This document shows, piece by piece, positions 36,368 to 47,466 of a stretch of DNA of 64,000 nucleotides. This DNA is from Trichosphaerium sp. ATCC 40318 (taxonomy: Eukaryota; Protista; Tubulinea), in NCBI GenBank assembly GCA_038496445.1, contig JALMLS010000310.1, forward strand, positions 310,001 to 374,000, given 5' to 3'. Position numbers and translations under genes: made by a program. The notes under the pieces are model-generated. The model was not told the DNA's origin. It saw only the letters and a list, made by a program, of their open reading frames with translations, and did no database searches. Positions within the stretch are counted from its first letter, which is position 1; each line of letters opens with the position of its first letter.

Positions 36368-38289
36368 ATGTCGCTGGAAAAAGGCAAGCAAGGGCTGCAA
36401 ATAGCCCAGCAAAATCTTACATCTATTGTGAAACAAGATAAGCATGGTACAACATACCAGGGAGAGGACTATTCTCGCCAATTACTACACGAACAAACAA
36501 GTAATGCAACTCCTGCGTTCGTATACACAACAACCGCTCCGCCTGTACGATCATTTGCCCGTGAGGCGCTTTTGAGTCACCACTACCAAAATCAGCCGTT
36601 CTTTGACCACAACTTCACCAATTGAATCAAAAGTTACCTTACGTACACTACATGTATTTACACGAAAATAGATTGCGTCAGGACACCCAGAAACAATGGT
36701 TGGCGGTAACTTATCATTAGGAGGTCAGCAAGGTGGTTTCCCGCACAATACAGCGTACAATCAACATGCAGCGCCAAGTACGCCAATTCTTCATTTCTCT
36801 ATTCTTAACGGCCTGTTTCAGCACAACTCCTTACCCATCAATACCCTACAACAGTACGTGGTTGTATTATTACCGTGACAAGTATCTAAAATCGCTTGCT
36901 GGCCTTATTTTGTTAGTTTTCTTCTTTTATCTAAAAATCTTTAGATTGCAGAAGACACAATGCCTTTAAACCCAATTGATGATACAGCAGCTATGGATGA
37001 TGGTACGTTAAACTATATTCTTGCTGTGTTTGCGTTATTTAATGGTTTGGTGGTTAGAACTGAGCGCAAAACAACGAAAGAAAAAAAAACAAGAGAATCA
37101 AAAAAAATTGATCATGATTTTTCTTCGTGCTACGACTAAACAGACTGATGAAGCGCGGAATGTGGTATCTTGTCAAGAACAGAAACGCCCTCCTCTAGAT
37201 AAAGCTAAATTATTCGGCATATTCAGCCGTAACGTATGCGCAACATTTTTAGGGTTTTTTTTCAGTTTTCTAAAGGTTTTAGTTTCGTACTACACCTGAA
37301 ATCTCCAAATCTGTTTTCTGGCGATACACTAAACAGGTATACACAAATAAGGCTGTTCATAAGGATAGGAAAACAGGTGGATACAAAGGTACGAAAGATT
37401 TTGTGAAAATGAAAAAAAAAATACCAAATGATCATTTTGACATTTATGTGACATCCTTGTTTTGTTTGACTTTTTTCGCTGTAATTTTGCTTACCTGTTT
37501 AAAAGGTTTCAGTGGGTTATGTTTTCGTAACCCAACGGATCCTCATGACTTGAATTTGATGCGTGACCATCTAACAAGAATAACGGCTTTTCTTGGCACT
37601 ACTAAAGAGCAAGTGATTGCTGACGTCATTGCTGCTGCACAGTCTCATGCAATGAAACAAGAACAGGGTGCAAGACGTACATATGGTAGTGGCGTGCGCC
37701 AAAAGCGCCAACATTCTGCTATGGAATCTTACGATGAGATGGTAAGCTCGTTTTTCTCTTCACTGAATATTCTGTTGGACTCTTTTTTAATTTATTTCAC
37801 CAGGAAGAGCCTGAATACAAAAGACAAAGAGTTGATGATTACGAGGGAATATCTGCTGCGCGTGCGCATCAATTAAGACAGCTTTTAACACCGACAGCAC
37901 TCGAAGGACTAAAGTACAAAAAATTCAGACACAATTCCTGTTTTGGTTTCTTACGGGTTTTACGTTAGGCTTTTAAATGATCCAAATATAGTCGCCGCTT
38001 TGCGAAGTTATAAAGAGGAGCTTGACCCCTCTGGTAATCTTCTCATACCAGAAACTAATAATGTGCCCCAACAGGAGCCTATGCGCGATCTAGGGCCTCA
38101 AATGGCTCAGACGTTATTGGATATGCAACAAGGTACAGATAGCGTGTTTTTTTTAGTGACGCAAGTTGCGAATTTACCTTTTTTGGTAATAACCCAAAAT
38201 CTAACCTCTGTTAAGGTCAAATCAACAACACAACACAAGCACCTCTTATACCAGAGGTTGTTGACTCGAGTTCAAAGCAACAGACATGA
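36368..38289 (+). CDS. Multi-exon protein of unknown function: Q/P/H-rich N-terminus and a central basic domain (possible winged-helix DNA-binding domain)
   Basis: Exons join through GT-AG introns. Central LDKAKLFGIFSRN|...VFWRYTKQVY...GGYK|GFSGLCFR. Confidence 0.55.
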
Positions 38290-38647
38290 TTTTAAAGCCT
38301 ATTAAGCGAGTTAATCGAAGAAATAATAATAGTATCAAAAAAAAACTTGGTAGCTACTTATTAATGCAAGACAAAAGAGTCACATCGTAAAGAGGCGTGT
38401 AGGAAAAGAAGGAGAAGAAAGATTCACAACTAAAAAAAAAAATTGCCTTATTGTAAAAAAGGAAGTGACTTATTCATATCGCGTTATCGGTTTTTTTTTT
38501 GTAACAACGCACAACACGGATTTTATAAAAAAAGCTACCTCACGTTCTTATTGTGGCTATGATAAAAACGTAAAACGTTCATCCCCAAGCGGCGGAAGTT
38601 TCACGCAAAGAATTGTTTTTTTGTGTAGATAAAGAATTGGATTTGTG

Positions 38648-39879
38648 ATGCAAGATTATGAGTTTACAGCAATAACGGACGCTTTTGATGTTTTTGAAGA
38701 TTCAACAGACGCTTTTCACAAATCTCTCTGTATGTTCGATGATACACGATTTTCATACCCTGAGAGGCGTGAGAAGTGTACTACAAAACGGAGACGCGCC
38801 ACAAACTCGTACGAGAATGAAAGGGTACATAAAACGCGAAGCTGTAGAGATTTGAGTACAGGGTACGTATATTTAGACGAACATATCTTTTTTATTCTAA
38901 TGGAAAAAAATAGGCAGAGGCAAAACAAATTGCCCAAAACGGCTCGTCGCCGTCAAAATCGTGAGAGAGCGGCAACAACAAATCGTAGACGTAGAAGGCT
39001 TAGTTCTGATAAAAAAAGAAAATATCCACCTCAAAATCGTTCTCTTCGCACTAGGCGTAGTTCACGTAGTTTCGATGGGTTCCTAAACGCTGAAGAAGAG
39101 ACTAGAGAGGAAGATGTGGCAGCAACATACGTCAGATGGCCCAAACAAAGAAAAGTATTATCAGCCAGTGCTACACCACGTATGAACAAATCACGCGCCA
39201 CTGGACGACCCCAAGCATCATCACGTAAGGGAAGGACACCCAAACGGCCGAAATCACGATCGCGCAGTAATTCACCAAAACCTTCGAAGAGAAAATATGC
39301 CACTAAACAGCGCGCAAGCTCATCTCCTGGACGATTTAAAGCGGTCTTTACAAATATAACACGTTTTTTAAGTCCAAGGCGATACAGACGTCACAGAGCA
39401 GTCTCAACGCCTACTACAATCAAAGAAGAACGTGAAGAAGAAAACCATGAAGAAAGTAAAATCACGGCAAGCGTGCGCCGATCTCGAAGTGCTGGCGATA
39501 TCCGCGCTCAGAGGCGCCAAGATGGCCTCGTACCTATAGTAGTGCAGCAAATTGGGAGGACATCACCAAGAACACATCACGTTAGTAATTACCGTAAAAC
39601 TAACCACCTGACGATGAACTCGGTTCCCCGCAGGCCTAGGCGGCGTAAATCAATAATACGTAGACCCACGCGTGAGTCTGGGCCTCTATCACTTGATTTG
39701 AAGTCTGTAAGTAGAAGCAATACGCTAGGTACCTTTTACAAACAAATCTTTCTTTTCTTATTGTTTATTAAGGTCCTATACGTGTAAAACAATCACCTAG
39801 AAGAACATTCAGCCCAGCAGAGGCATTTTTTAGCTTTGAGTCACTGCAGAGGATGGAAATACATAATTTACACGTTTAA
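38648..39879 (+). CDS. Arg/Ser-rich basic low-complexity protein of unknown function
   Basis: 380-codon ORF rich in RRxxS/RS motifs, with a terminal exon after the intron at about 39729-39772. Confidence 0.7.
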
Positions 39880-40275
39880 ACATAAAAACAAAATAATCAA
39901 TGGTGTGCTTGACGTTAAAATACTACTTGTCTCACCTCTAGTAGAATGTAAGAATAAATGTAGAATAAAAAAAATGTAAATATACAAAATGAACACTCGT
40001 TTTCGTTCAAGTTCGCAACTGACTAGTTTGGAACATTGTTCTTCAAGTTATGGTGTTACGTTGTAAGCAGTAGTTCAACTCTACGAAGGCAGTCCCTGCA
40101 GACAGTCAATTGCCTTGATTAGTAAAAAGGAACTTACTAATCAGGTAATTGCCAGGTCAACCGTTTTCGCCCATGTTTTAGAAAAGCGTACAACAAAGCC
40201 GGAGTGTGCCATCTTGAGGTTAAAAGGCGTTCATTGTTCTTGTATTAGTGGCAAAGAGGCGGAGAATTGCTCCCA

Positions 40276-41610
40276 ATGGCAACAAAACGCAAAGCATGCG
40301 TTTTAATCATATAGTAGTCCTATTTAACAACTATATAGGTGAATACTACAAAATCGGGTTATGTTAACCTTCTACAGCTTCCAATAGAGCTACAACTTGA
40401 TATTATCGATCTAGACTATGAAGTGTATACAAAGTGGCCTGTCTTATGCTCACAAGCGGCAACGAATACAAGGTTTGATGGCGACTTAGAAAAACACGGA
40501 AAATGGATGAAAAAGGGATATAAACAATACTATGCTAACACTCGCACTCAGTACACAAATACTGTGTTTAACCTTTGTAAAGATTCAAAAAGCTTTATGG
40601 AAACCATGAAAAAACGTTTAGAATACATACCTGGCAGAGGAGGTAAGTTTGCTGAATCAAGACATCCAAAAATCCAAGACATACTCGAAGAATACTGGAG
40701 ACATGGTAAGCTACATGGAGAGTTCAAGGGATGGCATGGACGAGAATATGGTATTGATGAAGATCAAATACTAGCAGAGCAAGGAAGTTACGTCGATGGT
40801 GAGCTTGATGGGGAGTATAAGTGCTGGGATGATGAAAATTTTGTGGTGAAGAAGTGTTACTTTGTAAATGGTAAACTTGAAGGAGAATATAAACTTTGGA
40901 CTCCGGGTATTAAAGCTGATTGTATATCACAACGTGGTACTTTTGTTGATGATAAACTTAATGGAATATGTGAGTATTGGAATGGAGGTAGCATTAGTAA
41001 ACAAGTGCACTATGTGAATGGGAAAAAAGAAGGATTATATCAGCTTTGGCATGATAATGACCAATTGGAGTATCAGACTACTTATATCAATGATGTAGAA
41101 GAAGGAAAGAGTAAGGGATGGGATTATAATGGCCAATTGACACTTTTACAGTCTTTTTCTGGTGGTCATTCGCATGGAGAGTTTAAGAAATGGCATAGCA
41201 ATGGATTAAAGTGCATGGAGTGTAGCTACATAAATGGTCAGCTAGATGGAGACTACAAGACGTGGAGTTACACTGGCCAACAGACTGTGCGATGTAATTA
41301 CAAAAATGGTAAACTAGAAGGACTTTATAACTGTTGGAATTACACTGGTGTGTTAGAACTTCAGATCAATTATGTACATGGTGAGCCAGATGGAGATTAC
41401 AAGTGTTGGTACGACAATGGGCAATTAAAAAAGCAGTGCCATTATGTGAATGGTAAACAACATGGTCATTGCAAGCGTTGGTATGATGACGGGCAATTGA
41501 AAGAGCAGTGCAATTACGTCAATAATAAACTAGACGGTGAGTACAAGAGTTGGGATGAAGAAGGTCACTTGAAAGAGCAGTGTAAGTACGTCAATGGTAC
41601 AAAAGAATGA
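40276..41610 (+). CDS. F-box-like + MORN-variant repeat protein, copy 3 (about 12 repeats; probable 18-nt first exon)
   Basis: LLQLPIELQLDIIDLD...TRFDGDLEKHGKW plus 24-aa repeats. An ATG exon at 40276-40293 (MATKRK) joins in frame through a 45-nt GC..TAG intron at the same position as in copy 1. Confidence 0.85.
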
Positions 41611-41687
41611 AGCACATAGCTTGTGAGAGATGTTGTTTTATTAAGTTTAAACACAAAATAAAGGTAGTATTAGTTGTATCAGTTGTT

Positions 41688-43309
41688 TTAAAACTTAACA
41701 GCAGAGGCGTATTCCTTACAGACGAGGAATTTATCCAAAGATGGTTGATCAAGTGATAAAATTAATTCATCATTGTTGACATATATTTGCCTGCAATAAG
41801 CAGGCAAATGTGGTTCTGAAAACAAGGTAGCTTGTAACTCCTTTATAGATGTTCCATTGCTATCTTTAAAATTCGTTCGTGGATCAAGGCAGTTGTTTGT
41901 TATTTCTACAATAAAGTAGGTTAAAAAAAAGAGGAAAAAAGAATGGATTTTCTTTAATTGTGCTTACCTAATAGTTTTTTCGTCAATAGATCGTTGTTAT
42001 GTATCAATGATATTCTCCAAACGTATTGGCCATAATGAGCTGTAGAACCTAAAGTTACAATTCCACTATGGGCATGATTGATGTAATCTGCAACAAGCCT
42101 ATTTACTAATAAGAAAACACAAAAGTAATCAATGAAAAACAACTTCGTTGATGTTTTGTTTTTGTTTTGCTAGCAACCCTTCTCAACGATCAGTCACGAA
42201 GACATGTTTCAATGGCAACTGATCTATTGAGAAACAGCGGACAATACAAGAGGTATTCAAAACACGTGATCTTGAGCATTAAGAGATCTTTGACTAAATT
42301 CTCAAAAAAATTTGGTTTTACGACGTACTTTAGAAAAGCTTGTGTTTGAGTCTCTTGTTGATACCAAGATACGTTTACAAGTGCTTCTAGTTTATGCAAT
42401 GATCCCCAATCCTTTGAGGTAACTTTTTTAGGTAGCTTATTTGTTTTCCAATACCCTTGAATGTAATTCCATAATCCATTCTTTATTCCTTCTTGGGCAT
42501 CTGGATAAGATAGTGCGCGATTGGCAATAAACTCTTCCCATGATACTGTTTGAACTTGATTTTTTCCTGATGAGTCTGTAGCTAATTGAATACCATCGTT
42601 TACCTTTTAGGACATAAATACTAAGAGCAAACAAAGAAAAGGAAGCAATTCAATCCAAAAAAACCCAAGACATCTTCAAGAAGAAGACTGGATTTACATT
42701 GAGCGTCACACTTTCAAATGGTTGCAAAAGGAAATTAAAATAGTAAAGTTGACGGCTGTCACCACGTTTTGAAAAACCAAGCTCGGAGGCCTCTCAGCAC
42801 ATTTTCTGAAAAACAACTGGCGAAAAACTTGTTTTTAGAATTCGCACGTGATGTTTTTAATTAAGGATTTTATTGGCACGTACCAAAGTTAAAGATGTTG
42901 CTATGGGCCCTCCATCTGGTAACAGACTAATCAAAGAAGTAAAAATCGAGAAGATAATTCCAAACGGGTTTGTAGATGGAGGAGGATCTTGTGCTGTAAA
43001 GATACTCTGAAAAGCAATCAAATTGGCAACATCTACATGGTAGGAATATTCGAATGCTTGCCTTGGTATTCATGTTAGCACATTGCGTAGCATAGGTGTT
43101 GTGACGTACATGAAGAAGTTTTGGAAGAAATACGGAGCGTCAAAACTTGTGGATGCTCTCAGTTCTCCTAAAACGCGAGAAAGGCTTTCATTTAGTAGTT
43201 GCTTCTCTTTTATCATATTAGCGGATATCGCTGGGCATTTTTTCGTAGAGATGGATAAAGATCCACCAATAAAAGCAATCAGTAATAATATAACAATCTC
43301 AAACTTCAT
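41688..43309 (-). CDS. Secreted protein of unknown function, multi-exon
   Basis: Signal peptide MKFEIVILLLIAFIGGSLS. Spliceable exons run to ...CKEYASAVKF*. Confidence 0.65.
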
Positions 43310-43552
43310 GAAGATGAACAGGACACGTGGATTATGTAAAAAAAAAAAAAAGACGAGAGAAGAAAAACTGTCACAAATTCCTTCAAAGTTTCTCGTTTCT
43401 ATTGTCCTTACTCGGAACAAGCTGTATGTAGACCTCTAGCACCCTGAAAAAGAGCATGACCCAACGAAAAGAGCGAAACAGGTTTGCTGAGGTGAAAGAC
43501 TTAAAATGAGGATAAGCACGCTTGAAAATCGCTTTTATCTGCTCTATTACAA

Positions 43553-44689
43553 ATGTTGCGGCGCGCTATATCACTAAACGTTCGCAATGTTACGTTGCAG
43601 CGCTGTACAAGACGTGTACCAATATTAATTTATTACTACCTGGTTATAACTCGTATTAGGCGCGGTTTGTTCGTAATAAAGTCTATTTGTCGGATGAAGT
43701 GATTAAAATACGCTCAACAAGTACGTACCAACGCAAATCATAGCGCTAAGTACTTTATAGCCAGGTTACAACAAAAATACGCTCTAGCCATGGAAAAAGA
43801 CCAAGAAGCTGGTATTAAACTCTTTAGCTTTCTAGCGCCAAGAGTTTATGACAGTGAGTTCGTTACGCGGGAATACGAACGTTTCACCACGTCTGGCGTA
43901 GAATTACCTCTAACGTTCTACAACGCCTGCATAACCAGCTCAGACACTATAGAAACCGTAGATGCGAGAATGGACGCTCTACGAAAAGCTGGTCATAAAC
44001 CTAACTCATACACATTCAGCGCGCTTCTGAGGGCTCTTTGCGCGGTTGATGCTAGCTTAGAGCGCATTGAAAAATGCTGGAAAGAGCTCGAAGAAACTCT
44101 AGACATAATCGATTTTAGACACTATAATCACGTTATTCATGCTTACGGAAAGCATGGCGACTTAGCTAAAGCAAAGGAATTCTTAATGAGAGCAAAACAA
44201 GAGAAAAAGCTTAATTTTACGCTAATAACGGCTTACATACGTCATTGTCCACCAGAAGAAGGTATGCGTCTTCTTTATGAACACAGACACGGTGATGACT
44301 GCGGTCCAACTGAGAGATCTTATTGTTATATCGTCGAAAAGTTTCTTCTTAATAATCAGCCTGAAGAAGCTGTTGAAGCTATTGATACATCTATCAGAGA
44401 GGCAGGCGGTGTTCGTCTTGTTTGTATTGAGAACATGATGACCTGGTACGCTGAGAGAGGTGATAGTGCTGAATGGTATAATATGTTCAAACGTCTTCGT
44501 GTAAAAGATGCGCGTGTTACTTTTATTGGGTTGAAGTCTTTTAAGATCTTGGTTGATAAAGTTGCTCCTGATTTCGAGTATAAGCCTATTGATGCAGAAG
44601 AGAGACATGGAGTTAAAATAAATAAAGAAACGATGGATGCATTAATAGTCAATGCAAATACACTCAGTTCTCACCTTGCAAACAATTAA
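43553..44689 (+). CDS. Mitochondrial pentatricopeptide-repeat (PPR) protein
   Basis: Arg-rich presequence MLRRAISLNVRN via two short introns. PPR motifs KPNSYTFSALLRAL, YNHVIHAYGKHGDLAKA and PTERSYCYIV. Confidence 0.85.
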
Positions 44690-45250
44690 GGAAAAAAAAA
44701 ATGACGAAGAAGTCTTTCCTCCATTAATAAAACAATTCAAAAAAAAAAACCTGCGCATGTTGACAAAGACGCTACAAACCTGTGACTGAAAACTTGAAAC
44801 GACACTTTCCTTTATGTAACAATTTGACCTTAATTGGAATTTTGTCGATTTTTTTGGGTGTTCAACTCAAACGAGTAGCTCAATTTTCAGCGGCACAGTG
44901 CTATTGATTGCATACATCTGTACTGGCCAATATTCGTTTCGAATATTATGCAGCATTTGTAGATACGGTTTTACTAGTGCGCGAGTAAAGGAAATATTGC
45001 TAAGCCAGATAATAAAATCTGGTGCGTTATCTACAAGCCTTGAAAAGATATCCCGTCATTGTTAAAAAACTGCAATGTACGATCATCTTTACACTCTATT
45101 TACAGTGTGCCATTGTTGCATTCTGTAGTTAAGACTTCGAAATAGTTCGAATTGGAACCCCAATATAAAAAACCACCCATTGTTGGTAACATGTAGAAAC
45201 ATTACTTTTTATTTTGTATGCCATAAAGTGGCTTTAACATTAGAAAATGT

Positions 45251-46944
45251 TCAAGGGCATCCACGGAAAGCAAGTCTGTTAGGACCTCTTGGGTCAGAGA
45301 TTTGGTTCAAAGTGGCGGTATCGATGAGTTCCTTACGGACTTCTTCAACACCCCAGCTTGGGTTATCACCAACAATGAGAGCAGCAACACCACATACGTG
45401 TGGGGAGGCCATGGAGGTACTGCAAAGAATGTAAGAAAAGATAACAAGCGAAAAAACAAAAAAGATAAAGACACTTACCCAGAGAGAGTGGATGAGGCAG
45501 TGTCGCTTGAGATACCGCATGAGACAATTGATGAACCTGGAGCGTATACATCAATACCATCACCCCAGTTGGAGAAAGATGAACGAGCGTTTGTGCTTGT
45601 TGTGGAACCAACAGCGATAACAGTTGGGCAGTTAGCTGGGTAGAAGCTTCTTACATCAGCGTTGCTGTTACCAGCAGCAGCTACGAAAACAACACCAGCG
45701 CTGGAGGCTGCAGCGATAGCAGTGCAAGCAGCGTTACCGCCAGTACCACCGTATGACATGTTGACGACCTAAAAAGTACAACGTCAACTATTGTTTTAAA
45801 CAATAAACTGTTGGTGTGTAAAAAAAATCACGTGATTTTTTGCTTGATTTAAATATTTAGAGGCTACGTACCATAGGGATGCTAGGGTTGGATCTCTTTT
45901 CGTTGAGCATGTAATCGTAAGCAGCGTTTGTTCCGGATGTTGGGCAAGAACCGAAACGTGTGCAGACTTTACCAGCGTAGAGTGTGACTCCTTTAGCAAC
46001 ACCAAAGGTAGTACCACCAACAGTACCGGCACAGTGGGAACCGTGACCGTTACCATCACCTTCACCTTCGTTGACAAAGTCTCTGCCGAAGATAGCACGT
46101 CCACCGAAGTCGTTGTGGGTGGTACGAATACCGCTAAGAAAAAATGTTAGATTTAAACAAAAACTTCAAAAAAAAAAACTAAAGGAAAGCGTACGTATCG
46201 AGAACGTAAGCGCGGACACCGCTACCATCAGATTCGTATTCGTATCTGTTTGGGAAGCTGCTTACTTTTGAGGAAATACGGTTGAGGCCCTGGTAGAAAT
46301 GTCATTAGATAGTTCATGAAAAGTTAAAACTTCGGAATAACTCTTCACCGCAGTTGGCGTTTGTTATATTGCAACGTACCCATGAAGGAGGGTTAGATTG
46401 AGTTTTGCACTCTTGTACGATGTATTGTACAGTTTCACGTTCAATGTTCTCGAGCATGTGGCTCTCTTCGAGACGCATGAGGTCAACAACTCTAGAGCCA
46501 CGTGAGTTTAATGAAAAAAAGAAAAATAAAAAAAAGCGTACTCTTCGTCTAGGACAGCGGCGAAACCTTTGAAAGTGTGGTGGTAACGGAAAGACTCATC
46601 AATATGGAATCTGGCGAGGAATTTTGTGACTAAAGAATGTAAACAAGGAGAAATGTAGTACGAAAGGGAAACGACTCCAAATTTTTGGACAGAATATAGT
46701 AGGCGCTAGTGGGAGGCGTACCATCATGTTCGCTGGCACCGGCCTTGAATCTGACGATGTAGTGGTTTGGCATTGCCGTTAGGGAGTCCTCTTCGAGGAT
46801 TGGCACGAGTGCTACACGGTAGAGTTAATCACGTGATTGGGTTGGACAAGTTATAAAAGAGATAACTGTTGGCAGGTTTTTATTACTTGGCCACGTACCT
46901 GAAACAGCAGCTACGATAAAGCAAAGGACAATAGCGGCTTTCAT
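45251..46944 (-). CDS. Secreted subtilisin (S8, proteinase K-like) with I9 propeptide
   Basis: Signal peptide, YIVRFK propeptide, SW|GLNRI, catalytic AYVLD, DGNGHGSHCAG, AAGN and SG|TSMASPHVCG. Confidence 0.96.
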
Positions 46945-47466
46945 GGTTGTTGTGATTAGCTACGAATGACTTTTTTTGGTTAGAGTTAAGGTAGGCGGAA
47001 AATTCGTGAGCTATGGAGAACAGTGGTCAACAATTGAGGATACGTGTATTAGTTTATAGTTTATTACGCGCACCAATGAGTGTCGTAGTTTATACAGCAG
47101 TTTTTATTTTGTAACGTGATGTTACTTTACTTGTTGATTTGCTAACTACTCCTCTACGCGTTACTGTAAACTACAAACCAATTCGGAAAAAGTATGTTAC
47201 CTTCTGCTTTTGTATTTTTTGCGCAACAATTTTTTTTCTCTACCTGGACATTGTCACGTTTTTGAAGGCTAGTCCAAAATGCACGCACGTGCGCGCTCAG
47301 AATAAGGCACAACGCACGCTTTTGTTGAATTTTCTTTTTTCGTCTCAACAGGTATAAGGCACATTCTCTCACGTGCGAAAGAATAGTCACAAATCTGATA
47401 CTAGCGCGGAACAAAAACTAAGAAAAGATTTTTTGCACAATGTTATTACACAAAGAGTGATGGATT

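Noticed and set aside
41785-41809. Perfect 10-bp stem ATTTGCCTGC-AATAA-GCAGGCAAAT downstream of MORN copy 3 as a giant-virus-type terminator hairpin
   Set aside because: It lies in the last coding exon of the opposite-strand gene, and no equivalent follows the other paralogues.
42190-42192. In-frame TGA (…ETCLRD*) as possible selenocysteine, given eEFSec nearby
   Set aside because: A GTGACT donor just before it with a TTAG acceptor restores the frame (ETCL|LNRLVAD). No SECIS was recognised.
44892-45111. GGCACAGTG...CAGTGTGCC as another TIR element
   Set aside because: Only about 6-8 bp match and there is no TSD.
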